From Macrostomum lignano (Eukaryota), in assembly GCA_002269645.1 (NCBI GenBank), contig NIVC01000028.1, positions 62,001 through 126,000 of the forward strand: DNA of 64,000 nucleotides, given 5' to 3'. This document shows positions 1 through 14,338 of this stretch, one piece after another. Below the pieces are notes generated by a model, which was given only the letters and a program-made list of their open reading frames with translations, was not told where the DNA came from and did not search any database. The translations under genes and the position numbers were made by a program. Each line of letters starts with the position of its first letter. Within the stretch, counting starts at the first letter, position 1.

Positions 1-805
1 CAGATTGATCGTCTCTCCCTGCTCGAGCACCATCTTGTTGAGCTCAGTGAAAATTTCTTCGAGATCTGTGGGATGGAAGGAGAGCAGAAAGTATTCATAG
101 TATTCCAGATTTTTGAATCGGCACGTCTTAACTACCAAATATCTCTGGATTGCCTATCAATCATCCCCTGATTGCCTACCAATCATCTCCTGATTGCCTA
201 CCAATCATCTCCTGATTGTCTACCAATCATCTCCTGATCGTCTACCAATCATCTCCTGATCGTCTACCAATCATCTCCTGATTGTCTACCAATCATCTCC
301 TGATTGTCTACCAATCATCTCCTGATTGCCTACCAATCATCTCCTGAGCCAGCTGGTCCATGGCAGCCTCCCTGGACTTCATAAGTTCCAGCTGGGCCTC
401 CTCAGCCTGCTTTTGTGCCTGCATCGCCGTGCTCAGCTCGAACGGATTCTCAGCTTCCATGGTCAGACCACGGGACGCATCCGCCGCAGCTGCCTCAGAT
501 TTCCTCAGTCGCTTGTCGTCTTTCAGGCCGTCGTTGAGCTGTTTAAGCCGGTCGTGCAGCGGCTCAGCTCGAGTCCTTAGCAAAGTCTCATTTTTGGAGT
601 TCTTGACCAGCTTCTTCAGCGAGCTGCTCACCTCGCCTGCTTGCAGTTCAGCTTGAGAAGTCTCGCCGGAGCTTGCTGAACACTCGGCAGCCGAGAGCAG
701 CTGCTCAATTCGATTGATCTCAATCTCATCGTCTGCTCTTGCCGCTGCTGCTGCTGTTTTTGCTTCTGGGTATTGATTCAATGCTGCTTCTTGTTTGCCT
801 GGCAT
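1..805 (-). CDS. Syntaxin-like Qa-SNARE, copy 1 (3' end runs off the left edge of the window)
   Basis: Exons 805-334 and 65-<1 (donor ATTG|GTAGGC, acceptor CCCACAG|ATCTC, phase 1). The spliced product reads REAAMDQLAQEMIDLEEIFTELNKMVLEQGETINL, a t-SNARE coiled coil with the central Gln. Endosomal STX7/12-like affinity is inference. Confidence 0.8.
132..347 (-). repeat. 22-bp minisatellite in the syntaxin intron (unit CTACCAATCATCTCCTGATTG(C/T)); duplicate at ~4404-4619
   Basis: About 9 copies. On the minus strand each unit is CAGGAGATGATTG|GTAG(G/A)CAAT, i.e. the exon end plus the donor. Confidence 0.9.
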
Positions 806-1450
806 CTCTGCAGTTGGTCTTGCAAGTGTTAGCTAGTAACTGCAAGCTCAAGTGTTTTTAGAGTTCTCTGTGTTGCGAGTAATCCGTATGTAAGCGCGTG
901 TGAGGTTGAGTACCGGTGAGGTTGGCAGCTTTCTCTCTCGCATTTGCACACTCCTGCCCGGCTCTGTACTTGAATGCACAAAAACTGACTGTACAACTCA
1001 GCACAATAGCGTGACCGTCTGTAGATAAGAGAAGGTTAAAAAAAGATTTTCGTCTCAATTCATGCATTGCCCTCTCTCTCTCTGTCCTGCTGTCCCGCAC
1101 GAGCTCTCTCTACTCTCTGGGTGGCGCAATCGAATTCGGATAGTGCCGCTTTATACGACGTGCAACACCGGGCCGCGCAGGACAGTCACGATCCTTCTGA
1201 GCACTGGATACAACAGGTCAGTTTGCTAAATAATCATATTAAATTACTCATGCTATTTTCTCAGTCGGTCAAAAAGATATCGTGTGGAACTGCTCAGATT
1301 TTAATTAGTATTATTAGGATCAATGACTACTCAGATGGTCATTGAGATTATGATAAATAAAACGGACGGTAATTGCTTTCTTATAGTCAAAATGTATATA
1401 ACTTTTTGAGAAGCATTTTTGACGGCTAAATTGTCAAGGTACACTAACTA

Positions 1451-2190
<740 letters not shown>

Positions 2191-4141
2191 GGGCGCGAAC
2201 CCCAAGGCGGCTGACGCGAATGGCGACACGGCTGCGCACCTGGCAGCCCGGCGGGACCACCTGCGGCTGCTGACGCTGCTGTCGTTCGATGCGAAGTGGC
2301 TGCGGAACGACAACGGCGCCACTCCGCTGATGGAGGCGGCTCGGACTGGAAGCTGGAAATGCGCCAAGCACCTGCTGCACCTGCTCAGACAGCCTAGATT
2401 TAATTTTTGCATGAAGCACGGAAACTGGAAAAGGTTACGGGAGCTCGGAGAGAAAGATCTCAAAGGTCGGACAGCATCTGGCTTGGCGAGGCTCAGCGGC
2501 CACTCAGAGCTGGCCAGCTACAGTTCGCCGCTGTGTCCATTTTGCAGCATTGCGTGAGTGCTTTGTGAGTCATTGCGAGAATGAAGGAAGCTCATGCTGC
2601 AGAAACGGAAAATAAGATTTCTGTCTGTGAAAACTTCCTTTTTGCATCACAGAAAATTTCTGTCATTATTCTTCTAATTAGGCTTTTTAATATTGCTCTT
2701 GCAGGGAGATGCGGCTGGTTGTGAGCAAAGGTGGCTGGATCTCCGGCCTGACAGACCAGGTGAGCGGCATCTGCGGTGCCGATGCGGCTGCAGCTGAGCA
2801 GCTGTGCTCAAATTTCCCGCTCGCCTTTGCAGGAGGAGGCGGATCGACAGGAACTGGAGCGGGTGGCCAAGGCGGGCGACTCGGCGGGGCTGCGGCGAGC
2901 GGCGACCCGCGGCAGTTGCGACCTGCCTGACGATGAGGGTCGTACCGCGTTGATGTGGGCAGCTCAGAACAGCTCCTGCGGTTATGAGGCTTTGTGGGAG
3001 CAGCTGGTGCAGCTGGGTGACCCCACCTGTGTGGATATATGGGCAGCCAGTTGCCTGCATCAGGCGGCTAGTGCTGGCAATTCTGCCGCAGCCTCCGCTC
3101 TGCTGGCTGCCGGAGCCTCCGCCAATGCCAGGGGTGTGTGGGAATCCACGGCGCTCATGGAGGCAGCGATTTACGCTCCTCCCTCTGTCGCTTCCGCAGT
3201 TGGTCGGGTTCTGCTGGACTCAGGGGCAGATTGGAGCCCTAAGGACGGCCGAGACAGAACTGCCTTAGACTGGGCCACACAGAAGGGAAAGAGCGAACTG
3301 GCTGAGCTGCTGCGTGTGTGAGTTTCCTTGGCGACTGTGAACCGACACTGGTTAACACTAAGTTTTCGAACACTTCAGCACCGAATATTAAGCAGCTATT
3401 TTGAATGCTTTAATTATTCTAAGATTCTTCCAAGCTGTGGGAAGCGTAGCCTTTCAGTGCTACTTCTTCTGGCTATCAGAAAATCATAATAGTCTAAGTA
3501 AAAATAAAAAACATTCTAAGTCAGTTCTTTTGCAATTTACTTCAGATTCGACGGCGAAAACTTTTTTGTGGAGCTGCTGTGAGTTTTTTGTTTTTTTCAG
3601 CATACGAACAGATATGATAGAAGAAACATATAGAGCGCACATGTATGTAGCTAAGGCACACAGCTACAGCACACAGCTACAGCACACAGCTACAGCACAC
3701 AGCTAAAGCACAATCAGCTACAACACACAGCTACAGCACACAGCTACAGCACACACAGCTACAGCACACACAACTACAGCACACACAGCTACAGCACACA
3801 CAGCTACAGTATACAGCTACAGCACACAGCTACAGCACACACAGCTACAGCACACACAGCTACAGCACACACAGCTACAGCACACAGCTACAGCACACAC
3901 AGCTACAGCACACACAGTTACAGCACTCACAGCTACAGCACACAGATACATCACACACAGCTACAGCACACAGCTACAGCACACACAGCTACAGCACATA
4001 CAGCTACAGCACACAGCTACAGCACACAGCTAAAGCACACTCAGCTACAGCACACAGCTACAGCACACAGCTACAGCACACACAGCTACAGCATGCAAAT
4101 TATCCCTCATTGCCTCAATTCGCATCCCCTCAGACCCGAAG
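2191..4141 (+). pseudogene. Ankyrin-repeat kinase gene fragment, copy 1 (5'-truncated at the microsatellite, 3'-truncated at the duplication junction)
   Basis: Exons 2191-2553, 2705-2759, 2833-3317 and 3601-3642, then only the first few nt of the kinase exon. Ankyrin motifs [27 protein letters not shown] and RTALDWA. Homologous to 48608-51990. Confidence 0.85.
3649..4092 (+). repeat. GCTACAGCACACA(CA) 13/15-bp minisatellite (intronic); paralogous arrays at ~7961-8391 and ~50490-50973
   Basis: Visible tandem units in the intron preceding the kinase exon in all three ankyrin-kinase copies. Confidence 0.95.
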
Positions 4142-5077
4142 ACCAGGGCTGCCACAATGAGGATAATTATGATTTTTTTCTTTCGGCTGGAGCGCTGGTT
4201 CACCACGGCGTCTTCCAGCTGCTCTCGTCCTTTTTCCACGTCTTCAACGACGTGAATGGCCTGGTCCTCGATCAGATTGATCGTCTCTCCCTGCTCGAGC
4301 ACCATCTTGTTGAGCTCAGTGAAAATTTCTTCGAGATCTGTGGGATGGAAGGAGAGCAGAAAGTATTCATAGTATTCCAGATTTTTGAATCGGCACGTCT
4401 TAACTACCAAATATCTCTGGATTGCCTATCAATCATCCCCTGATTGCCTACCAATCATCTCCTGATTGCCTACCAATCATCTCCTGATTGTCTACCAATC
4501 ATCTCCTGATCGTCTACCAATCATCTCCTGATCGTCTACCAATCATCTCCTGATTGTCTACCAATCATCTCCTGATTGTCTACCAATCATCTCCTGATTG
4601 CCTACCAATCATCTCCTGAGCCAGCTGGTCCATGGCAGCCTCCCTGGACTTCATAAGTTCCAGCTGGGCCTCCTCAGCCTGCTTTTGTGCCTGCATCGCC
4701 GTGCTCAGCTCGAACGGATTCTCAGCTTCCATGGTCAGACCACGGGACGCATCCGCCGCAGCTGCCTCAGATTTCCTCAGTCGCTTGTCGTCTTTCAGGC
4801 CGTCGTTGAGCTGTTTAAGCCGGTCGTGCAGCGGCTCAGCTCGAGTCCTTAGCAAAGTCTCATTTTTGGAGTTCTTGACCAGCTTCTTCAGCGAGCTGCT
4901 CACCTCGCCTGCTTGCAGTTCAGCTTGAGAAGTCTCGCCGGAGCTTGCTGAACACTCGGCAGCCGAGAGCAGCTGCTCAATTCGATTGATCTCAATCTCA
5001 TCGTCTGCTCTTGCCGCTGCTGCTGCTGTTTTTGCTTCTGGGTATTGATTCAATGCTGCTTCTTGTTTGCCTGGCAT
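4045..5077 (-). CDS. Syntaxin-like Qa-SNARE, copy 2, with the transmembrane anchor cut by the duplication junction and a chimeric C-terminus
   Basis: Exons 5077-4606 and 4337-4045. SNARE motif, then RSSRKKKIIIILIVAALV; past 4142 the frame reads antisense kinase-intron sequence (FGSEGMRIEAMRDNLHAVAVCAVAVCCSCVL*). Confidence 0.7.
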
Positions 5078-5722
5078 CTCTGCAGTTGGTCTTGCAAGTG
5101 TTAGCTAGTAACTGCAAGCTCAAGTGTTTTTAGAGTTCTCTGTGTTGCGAGTAATCCGTATGTAAGCGCGTGTGAGGTTGAGTACCGGTGAGGTTGGCAG
5201 CTTTCTCTCTCGCATTTGCACACTCCTGCCCGGCTCTGTACTTGAATGCACAAAAACTGACTGTACAACTCAGCACAATAGCGTGACCGTCTGTAGATAA
5301 GAGAAGGTTAAAAAAAGATTTTCGTCTCAATTCATGCATTGCCCTCTCTCTCTCTGTCCTGCTGTCCCGCACGAGCTCTCTCTACTCTCTGGGTGGCGCA
5401 ATCGAATTCGGATAGTGCCGCTTTATACGACGTGCAACACCGGGCCGCGCAGGACAGTCACGATCCTTCTGAGCACTGGATACAACAGGTCAGTTTGCTA
5501 AATAATCATATTAAATTACTCATGCTATTTTCTCAGTCGGTCAAAAAGATATCGTGTGGAACTGCTCAGATTTTAATTAGTATTATTAGGATCAATGACT
5601 ACTCAGATGGTCATTGAGATTATGATAAATAAAACGGACGGTAATTGCTTTCTTATAGTCAAAATGTATATAACTTTTTGAGAAGCATTTTTGACGGCTA
5701 AATTGTCAAGGTACACTAACTA

Positions 5723-6502
<780 letters not shown>

Positions 6503-9448
6503 GGGCGCGAACCCCAAGGCGGCTGACGCGAATGGCGACACGGCTGCGCACCTGGCAGCCCGGCGGGACCACCTGCGGCTGCTGACGCTGCTGTCGTTCG
6601 ATGCGAAGTGGCTGCGGAACGACAACGGCGCCACTCCGCTGATGGAGGCGGCTCGGACTGGAAGCTGGAAATGCGCCAAGCACCTGCTGCACCTGCTCAG
6701 ACAGCCTAGATTTAATTTTTGCATGAAGCACGGAAACTGGAAAAGGTTACGGGAGCTCGGAGAGAAAGATCTCAAAGGTCGGACAGCATCTGGCTTGGCG
6801 AGGCTCAGCGGCCACTCAGAGCTGGCCAGCTACAGTTCGCCGCTGTGTCCATTTTGCAGCATTGCGTGAGTGCTTTGTGAGTCATTGCGAGAATGAAGGA
6901 AGCTCATGCTGCAGAAACGGAAAATAAGATTTCTGTCTGTGAAAACTTCCTTTTTGCATCACAGAAAATTTCTGTCATTATTCTTCTAATTAGGCTTTTT
7001 AATATTGCTCTTGCAGGGAGATGCGGCTGGTTGTGAGCAAAGGTGGCTGGATCTCCGGCCTGACAGACCAGGTGAGCGGCATCTGCGGTGCCGATGCGGC
7101 TGCAGCTGAGCAGCTGTGCTCAAATTTCCCGCTCGCCTTTGCAGGAGGAGGCGGATCGACAGGAACTGGAGCGGGTGGCCAAGGCGGGCGACTCGGCGGG
7201 GCTGCGGCGAGCGGCGACCCGCGGCAGTTGCGACCTGCCTGACGATGAGGGTCGTACCGCGTTGATGTGGGCAGCTCAGAACAGCTCCTGCGGTTATGAG
7301 GCTTTGTGGGAGCAGCTGGTGCAGCTGGGTGACCCCACCTGTGTGGATATATGGGCAGCCAGTTGCCTGCATCAGGCGGCTAGTGCTGGCAATTCTGCCG
7401 CAGCCTCCGCTCTGCTGGCTGCCGGAGCCTCCGCCAATGCCAGGGGTGTGTGGGAATCCACGGCGCTCATGGAGGCAGCGATTTACGCTCCTCCCTCTGT
7501 CGCTTCCGCAGTTGGTCGGGTTCTGCTGGACTCAGGGGCAGATTGGAGCCCTAAGGACGGCCGAGACAGAACTGCCTTAGACTGGGCCACACAGAAGGGA
7601 AAGAGCGAACTGGCTGAGCTGCTGCGTGTGTGAGTTTCCTTGGCGACTGTGAACCGACACTGGTTAACACTAAGTTTTCGAACACTTCAGCACCGAATAT
7701 TAAGCAGCTATTTTGAATGCTTTAATTATTCTAAGATTCTTCCAAGCTGTGGGAAGCGTAGCCTTTCAGTGCTACTTCTTCTGGCTATCAGAAAATCATA
7801 ATAGTCTAAGTAAAAATAAAAAACATTCTAAGTCAGTTCTTTTGCAATTTACTTCAGATTCGACGGCGAAAACTTTTTTGTGGAGCTGCTGTGAGTTTTT
7901 TGTTTTTTTCAGCATACGAACAGATATGATAGAAGAAACATATAGAGCGCACATGTATGTAGCTAAGGCACACAGCTACAGCACACAGCTACAGCACACA
8001 GCTACAGCACACAGCTAAAGCACAATCAGCTACAACACACAGCTACAGCACACAGCTACAGCACACACAGCTACAGCACACACAACTACAGCACACACAG
8101 CTACAGCACACACAGCTACAGTATACAGCTACAGCACACAGCTACAGCACACACAGCTACAGCACACACAGCTACAGCACACACAGCTACAGCACACAGC
8201 TACAGCACACACAGCTACAGCACACACAGTTACAGCACTCACAGCTACAGCACACAGATACATCACACACAGCTACAGCACACAGCTACAGCACACACAG
8301 CTACAGCACATACAGCTACAGCACACAGCTACAGCACACAGCTAAAGCACACTCAGCTACAGCACACAGCTACAGCACACACAGCTACAGCATGCAAATT
8401 ATCCCTCATTGCCTCAATTCGCATCCCCTCAGACCCGAAGGCCCCCCGTTCCTGGAGCGCTGGGACGCCGTTCGCCTCATTTTCCGCGGAGGCTTCGGCG
8501 AAGTCCACGAAGTTCGAACTGACACGGGCGTCACGTGCGCTGCCAAGACTTTCAGACTGCCTGTGCAGCTCGGTGATGACCAAACCTCTGTGAGCACAGA
8601 GATTCAAAGATTTGTCGAGAGCGAGAGAAACCTGTGCCGACTGCGGCATCCCAACATCGTCAGGTTCTTGCACATCGCTCAGCCGGAGCCCGCCGCAGTC
8701 GTTGTGTTCATGGAGCTGCTGGACGGCCGAAGCTTGGAGAGGTTTATCGACAACAAGCCGCTGGAAGAGCTGACGATTCGAGACTTTAGCGAGCAGGTAA
8801 GCATTGTGCATCCTTGATGCTCCTATTCCATGTTCCCATGAATGATGACTGCTCACTGACCGACCGCTCGCAGATCTGCCGCGCGCTGCTCTACCTGCAC
8901 AGCCGGCAGCCGCCCGTGATCCACAGAGACATCAACTGCGCGAACATAATTGTTTGTGTTGACAACACGCGAATCAAGCTGATCGACTTCGGCCTGTCAA
9001 TCAAGCTGGAGCAGTCAGTCAGCCACATCTCAGCCTCCACTCAGTCAGCCACATCTCAGCCTCCACTCAGTCAGCCAAAGGCACTCTGAACTTTATGGCG
9101 CCGGAGCTGCTCGGAGCGGGAGAGTCGGACAGCGTGCAGTACAGCAGAGAGTCGGACATCTGGGCGTTCGGCTGCTCGGTCTTCCAGATGGCCTCCGGCG
9201 CGAAGCTGTTCGCCAACGCCAGGAGCTTCTTAGAAATTGCCCAGATGATCGACAGGAGGGGCGCCCCCGCCCTGCTGGACGGCCTGTCCGAAGAGCTGAG
9301 GGATTTCTACAGCCGCTGCACCGCCAAGGACCGGAGGGAGAGAAGCTCTGCAGAGGAGCTGCTGGAGCACGAGTTCCTGACGGTCGGGAAGCTGAAAAAG
9401 GACAATGCTGCCTCGAATTTGGCTTACGGAATTCAGAAACAAAAATAG
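6503..9448 (+). pseudogene. Ankyrin-repeat + Ser/Thr kinase pseudogene, copy 2
   Basis: Exons 6503-6865, 7017-7071, 7145-7629, 7913-7954, 8433-8796 and 8874-9448. No 5' exons. A 26-bp tandem duplication at ~9015-9066 frameshifts the kinase between DFG and APE (stop at 9087-9089). Confidence 0.88.
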
Positions 9449-9819
9449 ACTTTCAATTGATGACATTAATCTGTATAAAATTACATTTTTACACTTACAA
9501 AACTCCACTTTTAAACTAAAGTAAACACGAGCCAGTATATCAGATAAAAGATACTAGATTAAGTCTATGACTGATCTTGCTCTACTGAAGTAACAGTATC
9601 TCTAAATTAAAACTAATAATGTGAAGCATTTGAAACTGAAGTGATTTTAAAGCAAAGACTTGCCATTTTCTAGCGATACAAAATGCATGGGCCTGCGGTT
9701 TTGCTAGATGAGCTACGATCAAAAGTATCACTGATTTTTGGACACTCCTCGTAAAATTTCGATTAACAAATTAATTGGATGAATATATTCGTTCAGATCT
9801 GCTTAGCTCCAGTGGGCTC

Positions 9820-10042
9820 TGTACATGCACCCTGGCGCACTTCAAGCGACATTGTCACACACCGGCGAGAGGCATTACTGCCCATTCCGCCGACTCCCCT
9901 GAGCAGGAACAAAAGCGCGCGGAGACGTACGCAGTCATACAGGAGTGTACAGCGGCCCTAACTTATTTATCATTAGGCATGTGCACTTCACTGTGCCTTG
10001 TGGTTGGCCTTCAATGGCATTAATTGCACAACCAGAGCAGAG
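9820..10042 (-). mobile_element. Headless fragment of the tRNA-derived SINE family seen intact at 33885-34249
   Basis: Shares TGCACCCTGGCGCAC...CCGGCGAGAGGCATTACTGCCCATTCCGCCGACTCCCCTGAGCAGG...CAGGAGTGTACAGCGGCCCTAACTT with the 33.9 kb copy. Confidence 0.85.
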
Positions 10043-10783
10043 CAGAATAACTTCTGACAAGTGGTTTAATTAGAAGCAATTTATTGAACCGTTTCTACCA
10101 CTTTTTCTTTTTAACTTGGTGGAAAGTGTAGCAGATGTCCTTTTAACGTAGTAGTGGGCTCTCATTAGAGCATTTTATTTGGTTAAATTAAACAAAATAT
10201 TATTCATTTAGGTTAGCAGTTGCGTCAAAATTTACGATTTCTAAAAAAATTAGAGAATTAGAGAGAGGCTAGCTCTCGGTGGAGCAGAATTCAAAAAAGG
10301 AATTATTTAGTAAAATGATTTTAAAAGACAATCTGAAATGTCTAAGGAATAAAAAATTTCATGAACACCTTTGCAAAGCAATGTGCGCAGCAGGAAATGA
10401 AAAGCGGTCTGTTCAACGTTCGCTGATCGACTGGTGAAAGGGGGTCGCAGGTGGGTTGCGCCAGAAGTTAACGCTTGGAAGTTGAGTGTTCGAAGCCCAA
10501 TTCGGTTTCCATGATTCAAGGTCAAGAACCTCAGTTCCTGTCGCAGGCTGTCAGCGCATGGGCTGGTGTTTGAGTGCACTAAAGACTTCTACTCGTAAAT
10601 AAAAAAGGTACAGTTGCAGTGTAAAAATATTATAGGGTATACTCGTAAAAAGCCAGGATCTCTGCTGACACTGTGGAAATTGCCAATAAAACTTACATGT
10701 GGGCAACCTTTCAGCAAATTCTTCCTCAATAAGATTTACAATCACAGGGACCATGGGATCAAACATGAAACTTAATATAACCC

Positions 10784-12730
10784 TCAGGTCAGCATGAGAA
10801 TCTCTAGCTGCTCGAAGATGTAACAGTACCCGTCTGTGATGTTCTTAGGAGCATTTCCAGCCCAAACGATTCCCTTAGCTCTGTCTGCAGCTGGAACATT
10901 CAGCGCTGTCAGGTAGTTGAAGTACTTGTCGAACGGACCTGAGGCAAGGCAACATGCTTAGCCACTGAGGCTGGTACACTTGGGTACAGTTCGATCCATG
11001 GACGCATGTATTCCATCCACGATCTCCAGTCTGAGATTGGATGTTATTGCCAAAAAACAAGTTCTGCTGAAGACATTCAGCAGGAGCGAATGTAAAGTTA
11101 GACACCGTGTAGTTTGTGCTCTCAGCCAGAATGAGCACGTTTACGTTGTAGGCGTAGATGTAGGTGTCGTTTTAGTACAGCAGGTCGACGCGAAACCGGT
11201 TGTTGTTGGGCTGAGCGCTGGTGCAGTTGTGCAGCCACTCCAGGCCTATTAAATCCCAGTTAGCAAGTCTTCCAGAAAACACTTCTAAGTTATATCATTG
11301 AGTATAACTTTTTTTCTCACCTGCAAAAAGTAGTTGCCGTAATAAGTGCCGAAGCCCGTCTTGTACTCGGCCCAGAGCCGGTCGAAGCTCAGCGCGTCCG
11401 ACACTCGCAGGTTGACGGTCTCGAAGCACTGCTTAGTGCCCACAGTATAGAACTCCTGCGGTTGGAAGTTTAATTTGCAACAAAGAAAAGTTTCTACAGT
11501 GACAGCACCGATCAGGCACTGCTTTCCCAACACTCACATAGACGGCCAGCTCAGAGCTGCCCGGCGGCTGCTTGAACTAGCGGCACAGCGGGTAGTCGGT
11601 GAGCAGAGAGCAGTTGCTGGAGTTGAACACAATCCCGCGACAGGCCGGCACCTCGCTGCACTTGGCAACGCAGCCAATGAGCGATGAGGCAGCCGGCTGG
11701 TGCTGAAGGAAGGAGGCGAAGATCTTCACGAGTTGTTGGGAATGTGGACCCGCTTGTGAGTCACGTTTCTAGGAGCCAGGTACTCTGTGAAATGAAGGAT
11801 CAGGGTTTTGATCTCAAGCGGTAAATTTATCAATGAAAAACTATCAAAGCTTTAGCTGTATGCCCGCTGAGACGATTGCGGACTCGTTTTTAAGCTTCAA
11901 ATTCGTAGTAATTTTTTCTGTTATGTGATAAAATGACTCAAAAATCTGCTGCAAATCTTTTGCCACGAAAGATTAAATGCATTATGCATATATTCTATCA
12001 ACTTTAAATTGGTTACATGACTTATTTTGTGAGAACCCACTTCAGTTTGGTGATAGTGGCTGTAGAGCCATGTTCCGGCCTCTGCTTCCTACAAGAAGCT
12101 CATCTGGATTTGATTGTTTCTGGCTCCTCGCATTATGGCTCGTGGTAGCTTGTAATGAGTCCAAAGTGATCAAATTTCGTTACTCGTGAGGAACTAACCG
12201 AGTAGATGCTCGATGTCTGTCATTATTCATTTTCGCAAACTCACCGAGTAGGAGGCCGCTGTTAGTGCCTCTGAGCACCTGCTGCTCAAAGTTGCGAGCC
12301 TTCCAGATCTTCACATGTGCTCAAGCCGAAACTCCCTAGCAACGAAGCTACCGTTGCTCAAGCCCGGCTCGCTCACAGTGTTGATGACTAGCATTTGGCA
12401 TTCGAGCATTGCCACTTCCTTGAGGACATCTCCGAGCACTTCATCAGGCAGTGCGAGTTCATGTGCAGGCCAGTCCCATTGAGAAGCTTGCTGCTCACGT
12501 AGTTTCTGATGCTGATGGAGTCGCTGGTCACCCGATCGTAGGTGCGAGCAGTTATGGCGCTGTTAGCGGAGGTGGCCACAACTAAAATGGGTGTTAGTAA
12601 GTAGTGAGCGCAGTGTCACATTAGCGAGCCTATTTTAATCAAGCTGGAATCATTTCCATTCAGACTCACTGGTTAGCAGCTGGTACAGAACCAGCAGCAG
12701 CAGCTCGGCCTGCTCAGCGTTCAGTTTCAT
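10784..12730 (-). pseudogene. SP-PAN-PAN-fibrinogen-domain gene, copy A (pseudogene)
   Basis: Same exon layout as copies B and C (exon 1 12730-12670; exon 3 starts at 11784). Frameshifting deletions in exon 2, TGG>TAA at 11174-11172 (LLY*ND), a shifted exon 4 donor phase and a frameshift in the last exon. Confidence 0.88.
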
Positions 12731-14338
12731 TGCATGCAGGAGTTGCTAGGCAAGATTTTTGTATTTGCAGACTGATGTTGCTAGCTCAGGGTTTCTCTGC
12801 TCTGGATGAGGCTTCTAAATAGTGAAATTTCCTCTGCTTCTGTTTGGAATTCTCAATCCGTCTGTTCCTGAGTGACTGCAAAGCATTTTTTATTCTTTTC
12901 GCAGCTGCTTTTCTTCGAGCCTATCTCCGGTATCACTGTAGCGGCTCAGCAAATTCTTCATCAGCAGTTGTAGTCTGTGGGAATTTTTCCACGCGTGTAA
13001 ATGATAGACTCTGCTCAGATAGGCATCTGTTTCTTGCGTTTTAATAAAAGTCGTTTTTGTGTATTTATTTCGTTGTTTCGTGAGAATAATTGCATGCCCG
13101 ACAGCTGTTTTCTCTTACCTGTTCTTACATGTATATCGCCGAACGCCCAGCACCTGTTCGCAGCAAGCCTTCATCAAACAGATGAAGACTACCTTTTACG
13201 AGTAGTATTACAGCTCATTATTCATAGAGAAATAAATTTGAAGTAGCTTTTGTGAATAAGCTGAGAACTTGTTTACTCGTGACCCATTGGTTATTTTTTT
13301 CGAAACAACGGCCACACCAAGCAGCCATTGTCCAATGCAAGCTGAAGCCAGCATTTGTTAATCTATTCTGCAGAACCTCCAGGCCCGCGTTGATCTTTCT
13401 GATCCAAGTGAGGCGACAATGAAGAATACTCAGTTATGAGTGATGGATAATCCATTGCTTCCAGGTCTGGTTAAAAGACAGAATAAAGTTGACTACGATG
13501 AAAAATGTTCAGAGAGCGATCAGACAGTGCATAGAAAACAGCAGACCTCAGTGATTACTCAAAGTCGTATATTTAGAGATAAAAAGTTGACGAGAAAATG
13601 TCTGGAACTGTGTGGAAAGTAGAAAAGTAGAAAGAATCATTATGAATGACACCAGAGCTGTCAAAATCATATGTAACCAATTCAATATTTTAGAGGAACT
13701 TTTGAGTAAGGTACCTGAAAATATGCCGACAGCAATTAGTTGATTAGTTCCGTGATGCTGTCAGGCTGACTTAATTGACACACAGAAACAAGCATGTACG
13801 GAAAGAGTACATGTACATTCGGGATAATAGCGGTCATTGAGTCCGGGGACTTAGGGGCAGACTGGAGTCCTCAGCTGCAGCAGGGACCCGCATGGACTCA
13901 GACAGAATAAAAGTTTAAGAAGCTGAGTCACACTTGGGTGTCTACGAAACTGGTAACTACGAATTACCATACCACCATGCCAACATAAAATGGATAATGG
14001 AAAATGTCAGTGATAGATGATCCCTCGTAAAGCCACAATAAGAGTATAGAACACAGGTACCGATTAAAATAGAAGGCACTGGAACAAAAAATTGTAATCA
14101 TATTTTCATCAAGGGTAAGAGCTAGACAGACAATACGCAAGTTATAGTCCAAATTGATTGACCGAAGTTATTAAAAGTGCTCTGAAACTGAGATGTGGCC
14201 ACGAAGCAGAAGAGGTATAAAAGCAGGAAAAAACAGACACAACTCGGATAGAAAAGGATCCAGCAAGGGAATAGCGACATCGGAAACACAAAATCTTTGC
14301 GACACGCGTAGCACCAACTGCCAGTTGACCAGTTGAGC

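Noticed and set aside
4045-4060. CaaX prenylation motif at the chimeric syntaxin C-terminus
   Set aside because: The last four residues are SCVL; Cys is not at position -4.
10430-10510. tRNA-like segment with GTTCGAAGCCC
   Set aside because: B-box-like motif only; no convincing A box or cloverleaf by eye.
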